From positions 1 through 42,075 of the forward strand of contig MRSU01002443.1 in NCBI GenBank assembly GCA_008369845.1: DNA of 42,075 bases, given 5' to 3'. The position numbers and the translations under genes were made by a program. Origin of the DNA: Trichomonas gallinae (Eukaryota). Shown in pieces: positions 1 through 10,973 of this stretch. Under the pieces are notes generated by a model. The model worked only from the letters and a program-made list of their open reading frames with translations, did no database searches and was not told the DNA's origin. The stretch's first letter is position 1. Every line of letters starts with the position of its first letter.

Positions 1-575
<575 letters not shown>

Positions 576-585
576 TTATAGATGA

Positions 586-590
586 TGTGA
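586..590 (-). promoter_or_regulatory. Initiator (Inr) element TCACA upstream of PFOR
   Basis: Minus strand reads ttcacatcatctataatcgaagaatcgcATG; matches trichomonad Inr TCAYW about 25 nt before ATG. Confidence 0.6.
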
Positions 591-2750
591 ACAATTGCAA
601 TTCAAATTTCAGACCACTTGAATATTCAATTTTTCATTCAATTTTTTACGCATTGTTTTATGGCCATTCTCGCCGGAAACGTAATAGCCGCATATACCTG
701 GCCATTATTAATTTATCACGGGGATTTCTTAAGCTCATACAATTCCTACAAAAATGTTGTATCTACATACCAAAACCCTTCAACAGCAGATTCCTAAAAG
801 CATAAATGAAATGTTTGTGAACCGATCGTATATTTTGAGAACCTATCTTTTCTGTTGTTTGAATTTTGAAATTGTGTCACGTTTTATTTGAATTATTTTA
901 AAACTGACATGTAAAGTTTAGTTTACAAAACTCAAAACTTCAACATTAGCCTCTATTAATGATATATAATAGTGTATCATTTAAACCGTCAAAAAAGTCA
1001 GGCCACGCGATTCGGTTAAAATGATTATGATCATTGGAATTACTGTATAATACCAGTATTGTGTTATGCATTAAATTTTGGATGATTTAAGGTAAAAAGA
1101 CTGATTTTTATTCCTTTCTTCAAATTTCTTTGGACTAACATTCCATAAATGTGAGTTTCTTATTCTTTATCGAGCTAGATTTTGGTCGATATGTCTCGTT
1201 ATTATTACCAAAATCCATAATTTTATTCTTTTTTTCCGAAATATCTTTGTCCTATTTAGATGAACTGAGATCGTTTGAGAAAACTATAGATCATTATATT
1301 TTTTGGTTATTTCCGAATTCCTAATTTCCTAATTCCGACATAGGAAATATCGATTATATATTTTATCCACAGCAACTTTTACAACAAAAGATTTCTTTAA
1401 TATTGAATCTGATTAACTATTTTTTGAGCTTTTTTCGCGAAAGTATTGTGACTATGATATTTTCAAAAATATAACGTGATTTCAACTCCGATCCGAACGC
1501 TCCAATGTACATACAAATAAATACTTATCAAATCTTGAAATAAACACAACTTTTTTTGGAAAAATATTTTGATAAAAAATAATCTGAGTTTAGCCTTCTG
1601 AATGCCGTCTAAACAATCTGTATTATCATCACGGATCTAAACATTTATATTTTGTTCGCTCTGTAAGTAAATTGAAAATATACCTCATATTGATGGATCG
1701 ACAGTCAGTCATTTTGATTATTGGTTCAACAAGAGTTTTCATCGTAGAGAATGTGCATCATGTGCGTATATCTCTAAGATATTTTAAAAAATAATTTTTC
1801 TCAAAATAACACTTTTGTATTTTTTTAAAGGGAACTCATATAATTTTTCTATGAGTTACTTTAAATTTTACTATATTAAATATTCTGTTAATTATTTGAT
1901 GATTGTATCCGATCATCACAACATTACTTTCTGTATGGCCACAAAATAGCAATATTTCGATTTATAACGTTAAATATTGAGTTGGAGACTGAAATCACAA
2001 TCAGTTTCATTCTCAATAAAGCGCCACATTTTATAAAAATATGATTTTTAGAATCCTCATATTGTGTATATTATGGATCCACCATTATCTCAGCCCCCGA
2101 CCAAACAGAGTAATTCAAACAATGAAACGTGACAGGGTTTTGATCGGACTTTTCTTGCTCTATACTTAATCATAAATATGATTTTCCGGAAATAAAACAC
2201 AAACAATTCTAAAAAAGCACATTTTTTCAATTAACAAAAAATAAAAAAAATTAAAAAACTGTCTTTAAAAATGATTTTTCGTTAAAAACCGCTCATAAAA
2301 AAGGATTTTTAACATTTTAAATAATGCATATCGCTATATTATTACTAATCTATTATTTTATCAATTTAAACTAGACAAAACTTTTAAATAATCAAGATTT
2401 TTTATGTAAGAATTTAGCAAGTATAACTTCAATGATGTGCTACTATAGTTACTCTTTGATTGTTGAAACAAATTATATGATCTTTTTTTCGGATAGAATA
2501 CATGAAAATGATTTTTTTCAAAGAATATCTGTTTTATGTGAAAGTTGTATGCGAAATTCGTATATAAGCTTCGTATGTTTTTGCCTAAATTGTTCAAGAA
2601 TTGCTCGAGATTCAAATCTGAATTTGAGTTGGTGTAGACTTAACATGTTATAAATGCTATACCTATACGTGATATGCCACATGCGTTTATGTGACTTAAT
2701 GGCAAGAAATGTGACTCAGTATTCGGGGTGAAGATATCTGGCAATTCTAG

Positions 2751-2811
2751 TTTTTGACGTTTGACATCATTTATAACCTTTTACATCACTTTTTGACGTT
2801 TGACATCATTT
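2751..2811 (+). repeat. Perfect 22-bp direct repeat TTTTTGACGTTTGACATCATTT (2751-2772, 2790-2811), each copy ending in an Inr-like TCATT
   Basis: Read directly; second copy ends 8 nt before ATG at 2820. Confidence 0.9.
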
Positions 2812-2819
2812 CTGCCAGA

Positions 2820-5800
2820 ATGTCAAAACTTTCCGATCTTAGTGTGTTTCGAGAATCGAAAGTTGTTTCTAAAGAGAATTCTTCGAAAAACGCTTTAGAA
2901 CTATCCGATATTGCGCCACAAATCAACGAAATCAGTGAATTACCTGTCGATAGTTTTTCGATTAATGGAAATTTAAGAGATTCGCAAATTGCAAAGAGCT
3001 TAGAGAAGTTCGCTTTCCCACATCCGCAAATTTTACTTAGTCTTTTGCCCGAACACAACTTAATTGATTCTTATGAATTGCGCAGAAGACTGAAAACTCT
3101 ATTTTTGACACCAGTTGATGAAGAGTTAAAATCATTACTGCAATGCATATCTGATTCGTTTGGAACAACTGTCCAAAATCTTGTTTCTTCATTCAAATTT
3201 CACAAGAATTATGAAAAATACGAAATGGAATGGAATAAGATATTTGAAACAATTAAATTTAGTTCAACATCACATATCGATGATGATTTTTCATTAAAAT
3301 CATTAGATAATCTGAAGCAACTCCATATTCTTGGCTGTATATTAAGCAGCAGGATATACTTATTACATTCAGTATACAATGAAGAAGACATTGATGATCC
3401 AATAGTTTTCACGACTTTCATTGGTCCAGAATCTCCGAAACATAATTGTTTTATTTATTGCGCTACAAATACAGAGTTTTTCTTATTAACATCATTATCT
3501 ACTCAGAAACACTGCGAAGTTTTCCATTCAATGCAAGAACCAATTCAAACATTAAATATCAAAGATCAGAAATCTGCACATTTCTTATCATTCACTCAGA
3601 TATTCAAAGCTATATCCAATGTCGGAAAATCTTTTAATAGAGTAATTTTCCAACAAGTTATAGATTCTTCGATTTCGCAACCAAAATTTAATTTTTCTGC
3701 GGAAAACAACTCTTTAGTTGTTAAACTTACAATTAACAAGTATGATGAGCAACTTAACAAAGTGTTTACTACATTTGGTGCTGAACAATTGAAACATGTT
3801 GATATTTCAATGAATAACATTAATTTACCAGCAAATAGCCAAGTATTCACCGGAAAATCATCATTAATATCAACAGAAACTGAAAAAACGCAAAAATTTG
3901 ACCTTTCTTCCATAAATTCAATAAATTCGATAAAAGACATCAACCAAATTGCTGCAATTTTTGACCAAAATGGTTATCCAGAGGTAAATTCATCCTCTTC
4001 AGTCGCAGAACATCAAGTTAAACGAATGTTCTCAATGTTTTCGTCAAATCCAGAAAAAGACCACTTTAATACATCATTTAATCAATACAAAAGCCTCATT
4101 ATACCAGAGTTTATGGTAAAGGACGTTTCCGAAAGCCCTTACTGCGATTTAATTTGTATGTCAGATATTCTCTCTGCAGCAGCGAAATCTTTGACATTGA
4201 CATGCTCAGAATGCATGAAGAGTCGTCGCACTAAAGAGTTCAAGCACGCAGTTTTCATTCCACACAAAGTCAATGAATCTCCATTTGTTCAGTGGATGTG
4301 CAAAACGTGCTACGAGCGCCAGAGCCCTAAATCCAAGCTGAAAATGCGTCAGACATATCCTGAAATCCACTCCTTGCTCGAACAATGCGGAAATCAATGC
4401 AAAGATGAAAAAATTATCGAATGTTTCGAAAAATCATCAGAAAGAGTCAATAAAACAATACAGCACATCAGGAATCATCCAGTAGGCAACCAGGCCAGCG
4501 TTATTTCAGTCGTCGACAGCCTCCACGAAAACTTCATAAGTTTGCTTAAAATATTCAGACAGAGAATGATACAAATGGAGGCAATAACTGCAGATGATTT
4601 AATCACGATTAAAGACGTGAAAGAATACATGGCGAGAGTCGGATCAGCGCAGAGAGTCGTAAAAGTGCCAGAGCCTGACATAGAAATTGTTGACAGACAA
4701 ATCTTCCAAAAATTCATAGAAGGATCAACAGAAAAATGCCACGAACAGGCAACGGCAGTTTTGACAATTGACAAAACAGTATTATACAACAATTTACAGG
4801 ATGTTGCGAAGACATCTTTTTCAGACAAGAAATCTTCTGTAAAGCTATCAATGGATACTCCTGATTTCACTGATTCGTTATTGAACTTTACATTAGAAGT
4901 TGAAGGTGAAGCAAGTGGATCAATAACTACAAAGAAATACGAAATCAGAGAAATTGAATCAAACGGACATATTACGACAAACATCGCCAAACTGAAGACA
5001 AATCAAAAAATTGTTTCAGTTTTCAAATACGAAAACAAATTGATTGTTGGCGTTGTTAACGATAAGCAGCTAGCAATACACATATGCCCTGTTGGAGATT
5101 TTATTGTAGATCAGTGCCCAGTGTTATACATTGAAAACTCAAATAATTCAATTCTGTCAATGACAGACGATAAAATCGTTATTGCAAGTGAACAAAAAGC
5201 GAAAATATTGACACTGAATGAAAACTTTGAAATATCAGAAACAGAAGAATATGAAGTTCCTCTGACTCCTAAGTTCATTTGCCATACAAATGATACATTC
5301 TATTTTGTTTCTGAAAATCAGTCTTGTTCTGTATCTTATGGAGAAGTCTCTGATATTTCGAATCTCGAAGAAAAAGTTAAAAACTGCATTTCATCCGAAG
5401 CCAATGCTTTCGCTGTCCTTGAATCAGGAAAAGCATATTCTCTTATCGATGGTGATTTTGTTCCTGGTGTTGAAAATAACGGTTTGGTGACTTCACTCAA
5501 CGGATGCAATGGAATTTTGTCATTTAACGAAGAAGGAAAATCGCTCTTCTCTCCTATGTCAGAACCATCGAAATCTTCTGTCAAATACTTCAACAAATTA
5601 TCGAAACTTGATAATTATAACAATCCTAGCGTTTTCGATTCTGACAAAAACGCAAATATTTCCCCTCAAATGGCAGCTTTCAGTTTATGCTCAATCTTCC
5701 CATCGTTAATAGGAACGTGCGAAAATGGAGAATTATGCGCTTTAGTCGACAGAAAGCTTGAATATAAAGTTCCGGCACCTAAAAACGGAAACTTTAGCAC

Positions 5801-6398
5801 CGAAGTCAAATTATTCTTCAAAAAATGCCAGAAAACTGTGAGCTTACATGGATCTGAAGAAATTTGTTTATCATTGAACTGCGAAACGACAGCAATTGCA
5901 TTTGTTGGCATTGGCAGATGCAGCGCTTCTCAGTGCGCTGATTCTTTCTTCGGATGCGGTTTCTCTAATGCAAGCTATGATGGAATTTTTTCATCATCGA
6001 AATTTGCAAACGGTAGGTTGTTCATTCCAGTAGTTTTCGAGAATAAGAATAACGGAGACATCAAAACAGAATTACTTGCTTTAGCTGAAAAACGTGTTCC
6101 AACTGTTATCTGCTGCTCTTGCACTGCTGATGTTTATGATTATGATTTGACGAAACTCAACATTGCATGTTTCGTCATATCCGGGCGTGAAAATGAGAAG
6201 ATTCTAAGTGAATATCTCGACAGAGAAGTTTCATGTGTTGAAATGTTTGACAAGAAATTCGCTAAAATAGCAGAAAATTTGCAAAAAGAGAATAGCTCTG
6301 ATGCAATCAAAGGAATCAAAGATGTGATTTCTCTCATTGCAACAAAGAAAGCATACGAAGAATCCGAATTCGAGTCAATGATGAAATTTATTTGTTAA
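2820..6398 (+). CDS. Large hypothetical protein (~1190 aa): Cys-rich zinc-finger-like segment, beta-propeller-like region, degenerate C-terminal GBP/atlastin-like P-loop domain
   Basis: Long ORF. The track start at 2754 is TTG; first ATG at 2820 follows an Inr. CSEC...CKTC pairs; beta-strand-rich region at about 4900-5560; AIAFVG-x-x-x-x-x-AS / DGIFSS / LFIPVVFE resemble decayed G motifs. Confidence 0.85.
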   Translation: MSKLSDLSVFRESKVVSKENSSKNALELSDIAPQINEISELPVDSFSINGNLRDSQIAKSLEKFAFPHPQILLSLLPEHNLIDSYELRRRLKTLFLTPVDEELKSLLQCISDSFGTTVQNLVSSFKFHKNYEKYEMEWNKIFETIKFSSTSHIDDDFSLKSLDNLKQLHILGCILSSRIYLLHSVYNEEDIDDPIVFTTFIGPESPKHNCFIYCATNTEFFLLTSLSTQKHCEVFHSMQEPIQTLNIKDQKSAHFLSFTQIFKAISNVGKSFNRVIFQQVIDSSISQPKFNFSAENNSLVVKLTINKYDEQLNKVFTTFGAEQLKHVDISMNNINLPANSQVFTGKSSLISTETEKTQKFDLSSINSINSIKDINQIAAIFDQNGYPEVNSSSSVAEHQVKRMFSMFSSNPEKDHFNTSFNQYKSLIIPEFMVKDVSESPYCDLICMSDILSAAAKSLTLTCSECMKSRRTKEFKHAVFIPHKVNESPFVQWMCKTCYERQSPKSKLKMRQTYPEIHSLLEQCGNQCKDEKIIECFEKSSERVNKTIQHIRNHPVGNQASVISVVDSLHENFISLLKIFRQRMIQMEAITADDLITIKDVKEYMARVGSAQRVVKVPEPDIEIVDRQIFQKFIEGSTEKCHEQATAVLTIDKTVLYNNLQDVAKTSFSDKKSSVKLSMDTPDFTDSLLNFTLEVEGEASGSITTKKYEIREIESNGHITTNIAKLKTNQKIVSVFKYENKLIVGVVNDKQLAIHICPVGDFIVDQCPVLYIENSNNSILSMTDDKIVIASEQKAKILTLNENFEISETEEYEVPLTPKFICHTNDTFYFVSENQSCSVSYGEVSDISNLEEKVKNCISSEANAFAVLESGKAYSLIDGDFVPGVENNGLVTSLNGCNGILSFNEEGKSLFSPMSEPSKSSVKYFNKLSKLDNYNNPSVFDSDKNANISPQMAAFSLCSIFPSLIGTCENGELCALVDRKLEYKVPAPKNGNFSTEVKLFFKKCQKTVSLHGSEEICLSLNCETTAIAFVGIGRCSASQCADSFFGCGFSNASYDGIFSSSKFANGRLFIPVVFENKNNGDIKTELLALAEKRVPTVICCSCTADVYDYDLTKLNIACFVISGRENEKILSEYLDREVSCVEMFDKKFAKIAENLQKENSSDAIKGIKDVISLIATKKAYEESEFESMMKFIC

Positions 6399-6616
6399 TT
6401 TAATTTTAAAATCCTTTTTTATACAGCTTACATTAGATATGTGTATTGATATATTATTCCATATACAATATATATATCACATACATATATATTATTGATT
6501 TTTACATATAGAATAGTACAAAAAATCTTTGATATGATATTTTCCAATAATAATATCAATATCATGAAAATAAACAAGAAGAAAAAAGATTAAAGTTAAT
6601 ACTTGACATTTATATT

Positions 6617-9151
6617 TTATAATTCTTCAGTTTCAGGATATGTGAGTTTCAAACTGATTGGCTTGCATATTGGATGATCGACTTCTGTAATTGTCAAAAC
6701 TCCTCTTTCATGGGTGAATGCGCAGTTATAATCTGTCATCTGGACAGCAGCTGGAGCCTTCTGAACGCCAGCCACTTCTATCTTAACAATCTTTTGTGTG
6801 AACACGCTGTCGTCACCTTCTACGGTAGACGTCAAAGTGTTATTAGCGAAATTGAAGTGAATTCTGCAAAATTCGCCTTTTTCGTAATTAAATGAATGTT
6901 CATCATCGATGTAGAGAGAACCAGAAGCAGCTCCCTCTTCATTCAACGCGACGACAAGAGTGTAGTGGACCTTCTTGAGAGAAACAGTTGATGTTGCCTT
7001 GGAGACTTTCTTGGCGAATATTTCTCCACCGCGAATGAAAACAGGGATAACATTCTTGATGTTCTTCATAACTATTTCACCTTTCGCTGGCCTCATCTTC
7101 CTGTAAGAGTACCATATTCCTTGTGGGAGAGATATTACTTTTTCTACAGCTTGTTGTTTGATAATTGGAGCGACTAATATTGAAGATCCAAGCATAACAA
7201 TGTCTTCGTCAGTTCTATCCTCGAAGTACCACCACAACGGCCTTATTATAGGGCTTCCTGTTCTATGAGCTTCTTCCATCAAAGTGTACCACAGCGGCAT
7301 CAATGAATATCTATCTGAAATCGCCTCCCTGATTATCTGTATCTTGTCTGAAGTGAACAGGAAAGGCTCTCTTCTCGCGCTCTCGTGGTGGCAGTGCTCC
7401 CTGAAGAATGGATAGCACCAGGCACCTAACTGGTACCATCTGCACAAAAGGTCGTTGTCAGGTGAACCGAAAAATCCTCCGACATCGCTGCCAGTGAATG
7501 GCATTCCACACAAACCGCTCGTCACGACCAGCTGGAGTGAATTCGCAAGCATGGACCACGTGGCAGAGTTGTCTCCTGACCAAGCAGCGGCGAACTTTTG
7601 GCTGCCGGCGAAGTAGGACCTTGTTAAAATAAATGGCCTTTCGTCTTTGTTCCTTAATCTCATTCCATCGTATGTCGCTGATATCATCATGTGGCCGTAG
7701 ATGTTGTGGACTTCGCGCTCTTCGTGTCCGTCGTGATGCAAAGAGTCCCTAGGAAGTGTGGCGTCTTTTATGTCAAAAACTGATGGCTCGTTCATATCAT
7801 TCCAAATGTGCAGAATCTTTGTCGACTTTTTGTACTTGTCGTATTCGAAAAGACTGGACCACCACTCTCTGACTTCTTTGTTCATGTAGTCCGGCCACGC
7901 TGATGTACCTGGCCAGCACTTTAACCTCAAATCATTTCCTGTTTCTGTCGTAACTAAGTAGTTTGCGTCGCGTGCATCGAGATATATATCGTACTCTTCT
8001 TTGGCTGCAAGATGCGGGTCAACTAAAGCAACCAATTTGCGTCCTTTTTTGAAGAAATCTTTTTGAAGTCGCTTCATGTCACGGAAACCACTTGAGAATG
8101 TGAAATATCGCTTCTCGTTTGTGTGGTCGAGATCAAGCCAGAGTGCATCGTGTGGGATGTCGTTGTTATCTAATTGTTTAGAGATATCGCGAACTTCATC
8201 GCTATCCATGTATCCCCAGCGGCATTGATGATATCCTAAGGCAAAAATAGGCATCATGGCAGGTCTGCCAGTTAATTTTGTGTATGAATTAAGAATTGAT
8301 GAATGAGTTCCTGAAAAAATGAATAAATCTATAAATCCTGACTCTGACATGAATCTTGAAGTCTGCTTATCAACATCAATCCACGTTTCAGATGGATTCA
8401 GCCATAGAATAGAGATTGATTTTTGTCCAGAACGACCTATTAGATATGGAATCGCAGAATACATAGCCATTGGTGAATTAACTTCAAATGAGTTGATATC
8501 TGTGTTAAATAATCTGATTGGATCCATTAATGGCGATTTATTTATTTTTGTATCTGGAAGTTGGACTGGGAACGTGTGCGCTGGTACACCAGATAGTTTC
8601 GTGTCAGGGAGTAAGAATTTAACCGTCATTGCAACATCTCTGTCTCCGTTTTTATTATTTGATTTTACGTTGCCTCCAAGATTAAAAACAGCAGAATTGT
8701 CTTCATTAAGCTGGATAATACGTGTCTCTCCATCAAAAACGACGATATTCAAAGGATTTTTCGAGATTTGGATTTTATATTTTAAATTTGTGAGTTCGAC
8801 GAGATTTTCACTGTCTGTAAGCTTATAGTCATCGATTTCATTAACTATTGTTTGATTTATGATCAGATTCTCTTTGGAAACATCATATCGATTAAAATCA
8901 TTTTCTTCTGAAGGTTCAAAACGGATTCGAACCATTTCATTCTTGTTAAATGAAACTACTAAACGTAATTTTTCATCAGTTTCGGACTTAGAAACAGAAC
9001 CAACAAAAATGTTGTTTTTTGTTTCGTATTTAGAAAGAATCCAGGCTTTTTCTTCCATGAATCTATTCCTCTTGCAATACTCTATCTCATCACAAGTGTA
9101 ATAGTTATTTTTATTCACTGAGGATGCAAGAAAAGCAAAATAACAAAACAT
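6617..9151 (-). CDS. Glucosidase II alpha subunit (GH31)
   Basis: Signal peptide MFCYFAFLASS, TCDEIEYCKRNR, GYHQCRWGY, WLDLDH, CWPG, catalytic WNDMNEPSVF, WSGDN, SDVGGF, FFREH, LYIDDEHSF. The track start at 9175 is GTG; first ATG at 9151 follows a double TCATT Inr. Confidence 0.93.
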   Translation of the reverse strand: MFCYFAFLASSVNKNNYYTCDEIEYCKRNRFMEEKAWILSKYETKNNIFVGSVSKSETDEKLRLVVSFNKNEMVRIRFEPSEENDFNRYDVSKENLIINQTIVNEIDDYKLTDSENLVELTNLKYKIQISKNPLNIVVFDGETRIIQLNEDNSAVFNLGGNVKSNNKNGDRDVAMTVKFLLPDTKLSGVPAHTFPVQLPDTKINKSPLMDPIRLFNTDINSFEVNSPMAMYSAIPYLIGRSGQKSISILWLNPSETWIDVDKQTSRFMSESGFIDLFIFSGTHSSILNSYTKLTGRPAMMPIFALGYHQCRWGYMDSDEVRDISKQLDNNDIPHDALWLDLDHTNEKRYFTFSSGFRDMKRLQKDFFKKGRKLVALVDPHLAAKEEYDIYLDARDANYLVTTETGNDLRLKCWPGTSAWPDYMNKEVREWWSSLFEYDKYKKSTKILHIWNDMNEPSVFDIKDATLPRDSLHHDGHEEREVHNIYGHMMISATYDGMRLRNKDERPFILTRSYFAGSQKFAAAWSGDNSATWSMLANSLQLVVTSGLCGMPFTGSDVGGFFGSPDNDLLCRWYQLGAWCYPFFREHCHHESARREPFLFTSDKIQIIREAISDRYSLMPLWYTLMEEAHRTGSPIIRPLWWYFEDRTDEDIVMLGSSILVAPIIKQQAVEKVISLPQGIWYSYRKMRPAKGEIVMKNIKNVIPVFIRGGEIFAKKVSKATSTVSLKKVHYTLVVALNEEGAASGSLYIDDEHSFNYEKGEFCRIHFNFANNTLTSTVEGDDSVFTQKIVKIEVAGVQKAPAAVQMTDYNCAFTHERGVLTITEVDHPICKPISLKLTYPETEEL

Positions 9152-9169
9152 CAGGAAAAAAATGAAAAA

Positions 9170-9342
9170 TGACACGTAAAATATTACATGTCAAATATTT
9201 AAATTTTACTTTTGTCATGTAAAATATTATATGACAAAAATAAAATTTACAAAATTTTTTGAAACTTTTTGTCATGTAAAATTAAAATAGGCAAAAATAA
9301 TGTAATTATATTTTTGACATGTAAAATAATTATATGTCAAAA
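9170..9342. promoter_or_regulatory. Array of four ~30-bp TG(A/T)CA(C/T)GTAA-AATA-TTA(C/T)ATG(T/A)CA units, three of them near-palindromic, upstream of glucosidase II alpha
   Basis: Units at 9170-9193, 9210-9239, 9266-9297 (right arm degenerate) and 9312-9342, read directly. Confidence 0.75.
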
Positions 9343-9465
9343 TAAATTCTATGATAGATAAATAATGAATAGACTCATCTCCAGTTATGTAACGAGAATT
9401 CATGAAAATTTTAAAAGATTTTGTCCAAAATATTATAATTTGATTTTATTCTAACACTCTAAAAT

Positions 9466-10152
9466 TTAATGCTTGCCTTTATGATTGTGCCCATGCTTGA
9501 AGTCCTTCCCTTTCATGTTATTCATGAATTTTGGTTTTCCAATTTGTTGAGGTTTGTGAGATGGAGGTGGTGGAAGTGGTTTCTTCATTTGTTGCTGCTG
9601 TTGTTTATGTGGTGGAGGCGGTGGAGGTTTTTGTGCTGGTGATGATTTTGGTTTATTCTTTGATAAAGCAAGTAATTTAGTTTGAACATCAATTTCATCG
9701 ACTTCATCGACATCATTGTTTGGAGAATCATCTGGTGAGTCATCTGAAGCTTCTTTTTCATTAATTTCTTCCTCATCTTCTTCCTGGTCCTCTTCGTCGT
9801 CAATTGGGACATTGTATCCAGAAATATGCATCTCGCATGTGCCTTGGTTGTTTAATTTAACGATATTTAAAGGTGAAAAACAAAAATTGACGACTTCGTG
9901 TTCTTTTTCTTCAGGAACTAAAGCTGAAATCATAATATCGATATGAGGTAGCTTAGAAACATCGACCTGGTCCTCTTCTTGATAAGGATCAATGGTAATA
10001 ATGTGGGCTAATAATCTTTGTGGGACAGATTTCGTTCCTTCCGGAATTTTTGGAATGCAGACATTAGTTATATACATGTTAGCGTCATCTGGTATATCTA
10101 ACGTAACTGTTTGCCCAGGGGCAATAATTTGGGCCCACATTGTGCTCGACAT
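9466..10152 (-). CDS. Nucleoplasmin-like (NPL) domain protein with acidic tract and Pro/Gln/Lys-rich tail
   Basis: MWAQIIAPGQ...MYITNVCI...GTCEMHISGY followed by a D/E tract is the NPL fold plus acidic tract pattern of FKBP-NPL/HD2 proteins. Likely start ATG at 10152 after AAAA. Confidence 0.75.
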   Translation of the reverse strand: MSSTMWAQIIAPGQTVTLDIPDDANMYITNVCIPKIPEGTKSVPQRLLAHIITIDPYQEEDQVDVSKLPHIDIMISALVPEEKEHEVVNFCFSPLNIVKLNNQGTCEMHISGYNVPIDDEEDQEEDEEEINEKEASDDSPDDSPNNDVDEVDEIDVQTKLLALSKNKPKSSPAQKPPPPPPHKQQQQQMKKPLPPPPSHKPQQIGKPKFMNNMKGKDFKHGHNHKGKH

Positions 10153-10973
10153 TTTTTTTTTTACTTTTTTTTCATACAATAGAAGAAGTGCGAAAAAGTC
10201 ATAAATAGAATGATATTTCAAAATTTCGCTCTTTATAGAATGAAGCATTGAGACCTTAGTAATTAAACCAATAGACTCAAGTAAACAATATTCGAACTAG
10301 TTAATGAATTTGCCAAACTTTTTTTAAAGTGATGACTCAGATAACGAAATAACCATAAATAATTAAATAATTTTACTCAAACTCTATAAATATGTATAGT
10401 TGTATATAGAAGATATATATGCAAAGTGCCATGATCCTGTTTAGAAGTGACAAAAATTGGATTTTGAGATGAATAATGTTCATGTATTATACATCGCCGT
10501 AACTCATAGTGTGTTTTGCACGTTTGCTGACATCTACATCATCTACATTTTTATAGCTGAATTAAAAAAAAATGCATTCATTAGTTTTGATGTGTTATTA
10601 CTCTAAATTTAAAATTTTAGACTGATTTGATAACATATATAAATGATATACATTGTGAGTGGTATATAATCCCTTAAATTATTCTTTGTTTATGAATTAT
10701 TGAAAAAGTTTTCTAAATTGAACTTTGACCTATGAATTCCAATGTTTAAAGAATGAATTGCACTTACATCTTTTTGCAGTGTCTCCTTCTTTTGATATGT
10801 GGATATTATCTTATTGTCAGGCCTATTATTATTTATTGTTTAAAGTTCTATTCTTATAAAAAAAAATAAGAAAATATAGAATAGATTAAAATACGATTTA
10901 AAAAAAAAACATAAATCAAACGGAGATAGCATATTACAACAGCGAAATTTGTAGATGAGATAAGCAAAATAGC

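Noticed and set aside
1433..1442. Palindrome TTTCGCGAAA (E2F-like); similar TTTTGCGCGC near 33626
   Set aside because: Isolated, far from any start, no supporting pattern.
2361..2653. Short intergenic ORFs (also 13061, 18259, 19720-19985, 29191, 31957-32248, 33653, 33928, 38422)
   Set aside because: F/I/L/K/Y/N-rich composition typical of translated AT-rich non-coding DNA; many have non-ATG starts.
6430..6510. TA-rich near-palindromic stretch between convergent genes
   Set aside because: Low-complexity AT sequence; symmetry expected by chance.
9151..9175. Extended N-termini from GTG/TTG or upstream starts in the ORF track (2754, 9175, 10248, 19703, 30425, 39582)
   Set aside because: Downstream ATGs with an Inr or A-rich context and sensible N-termini fit better.
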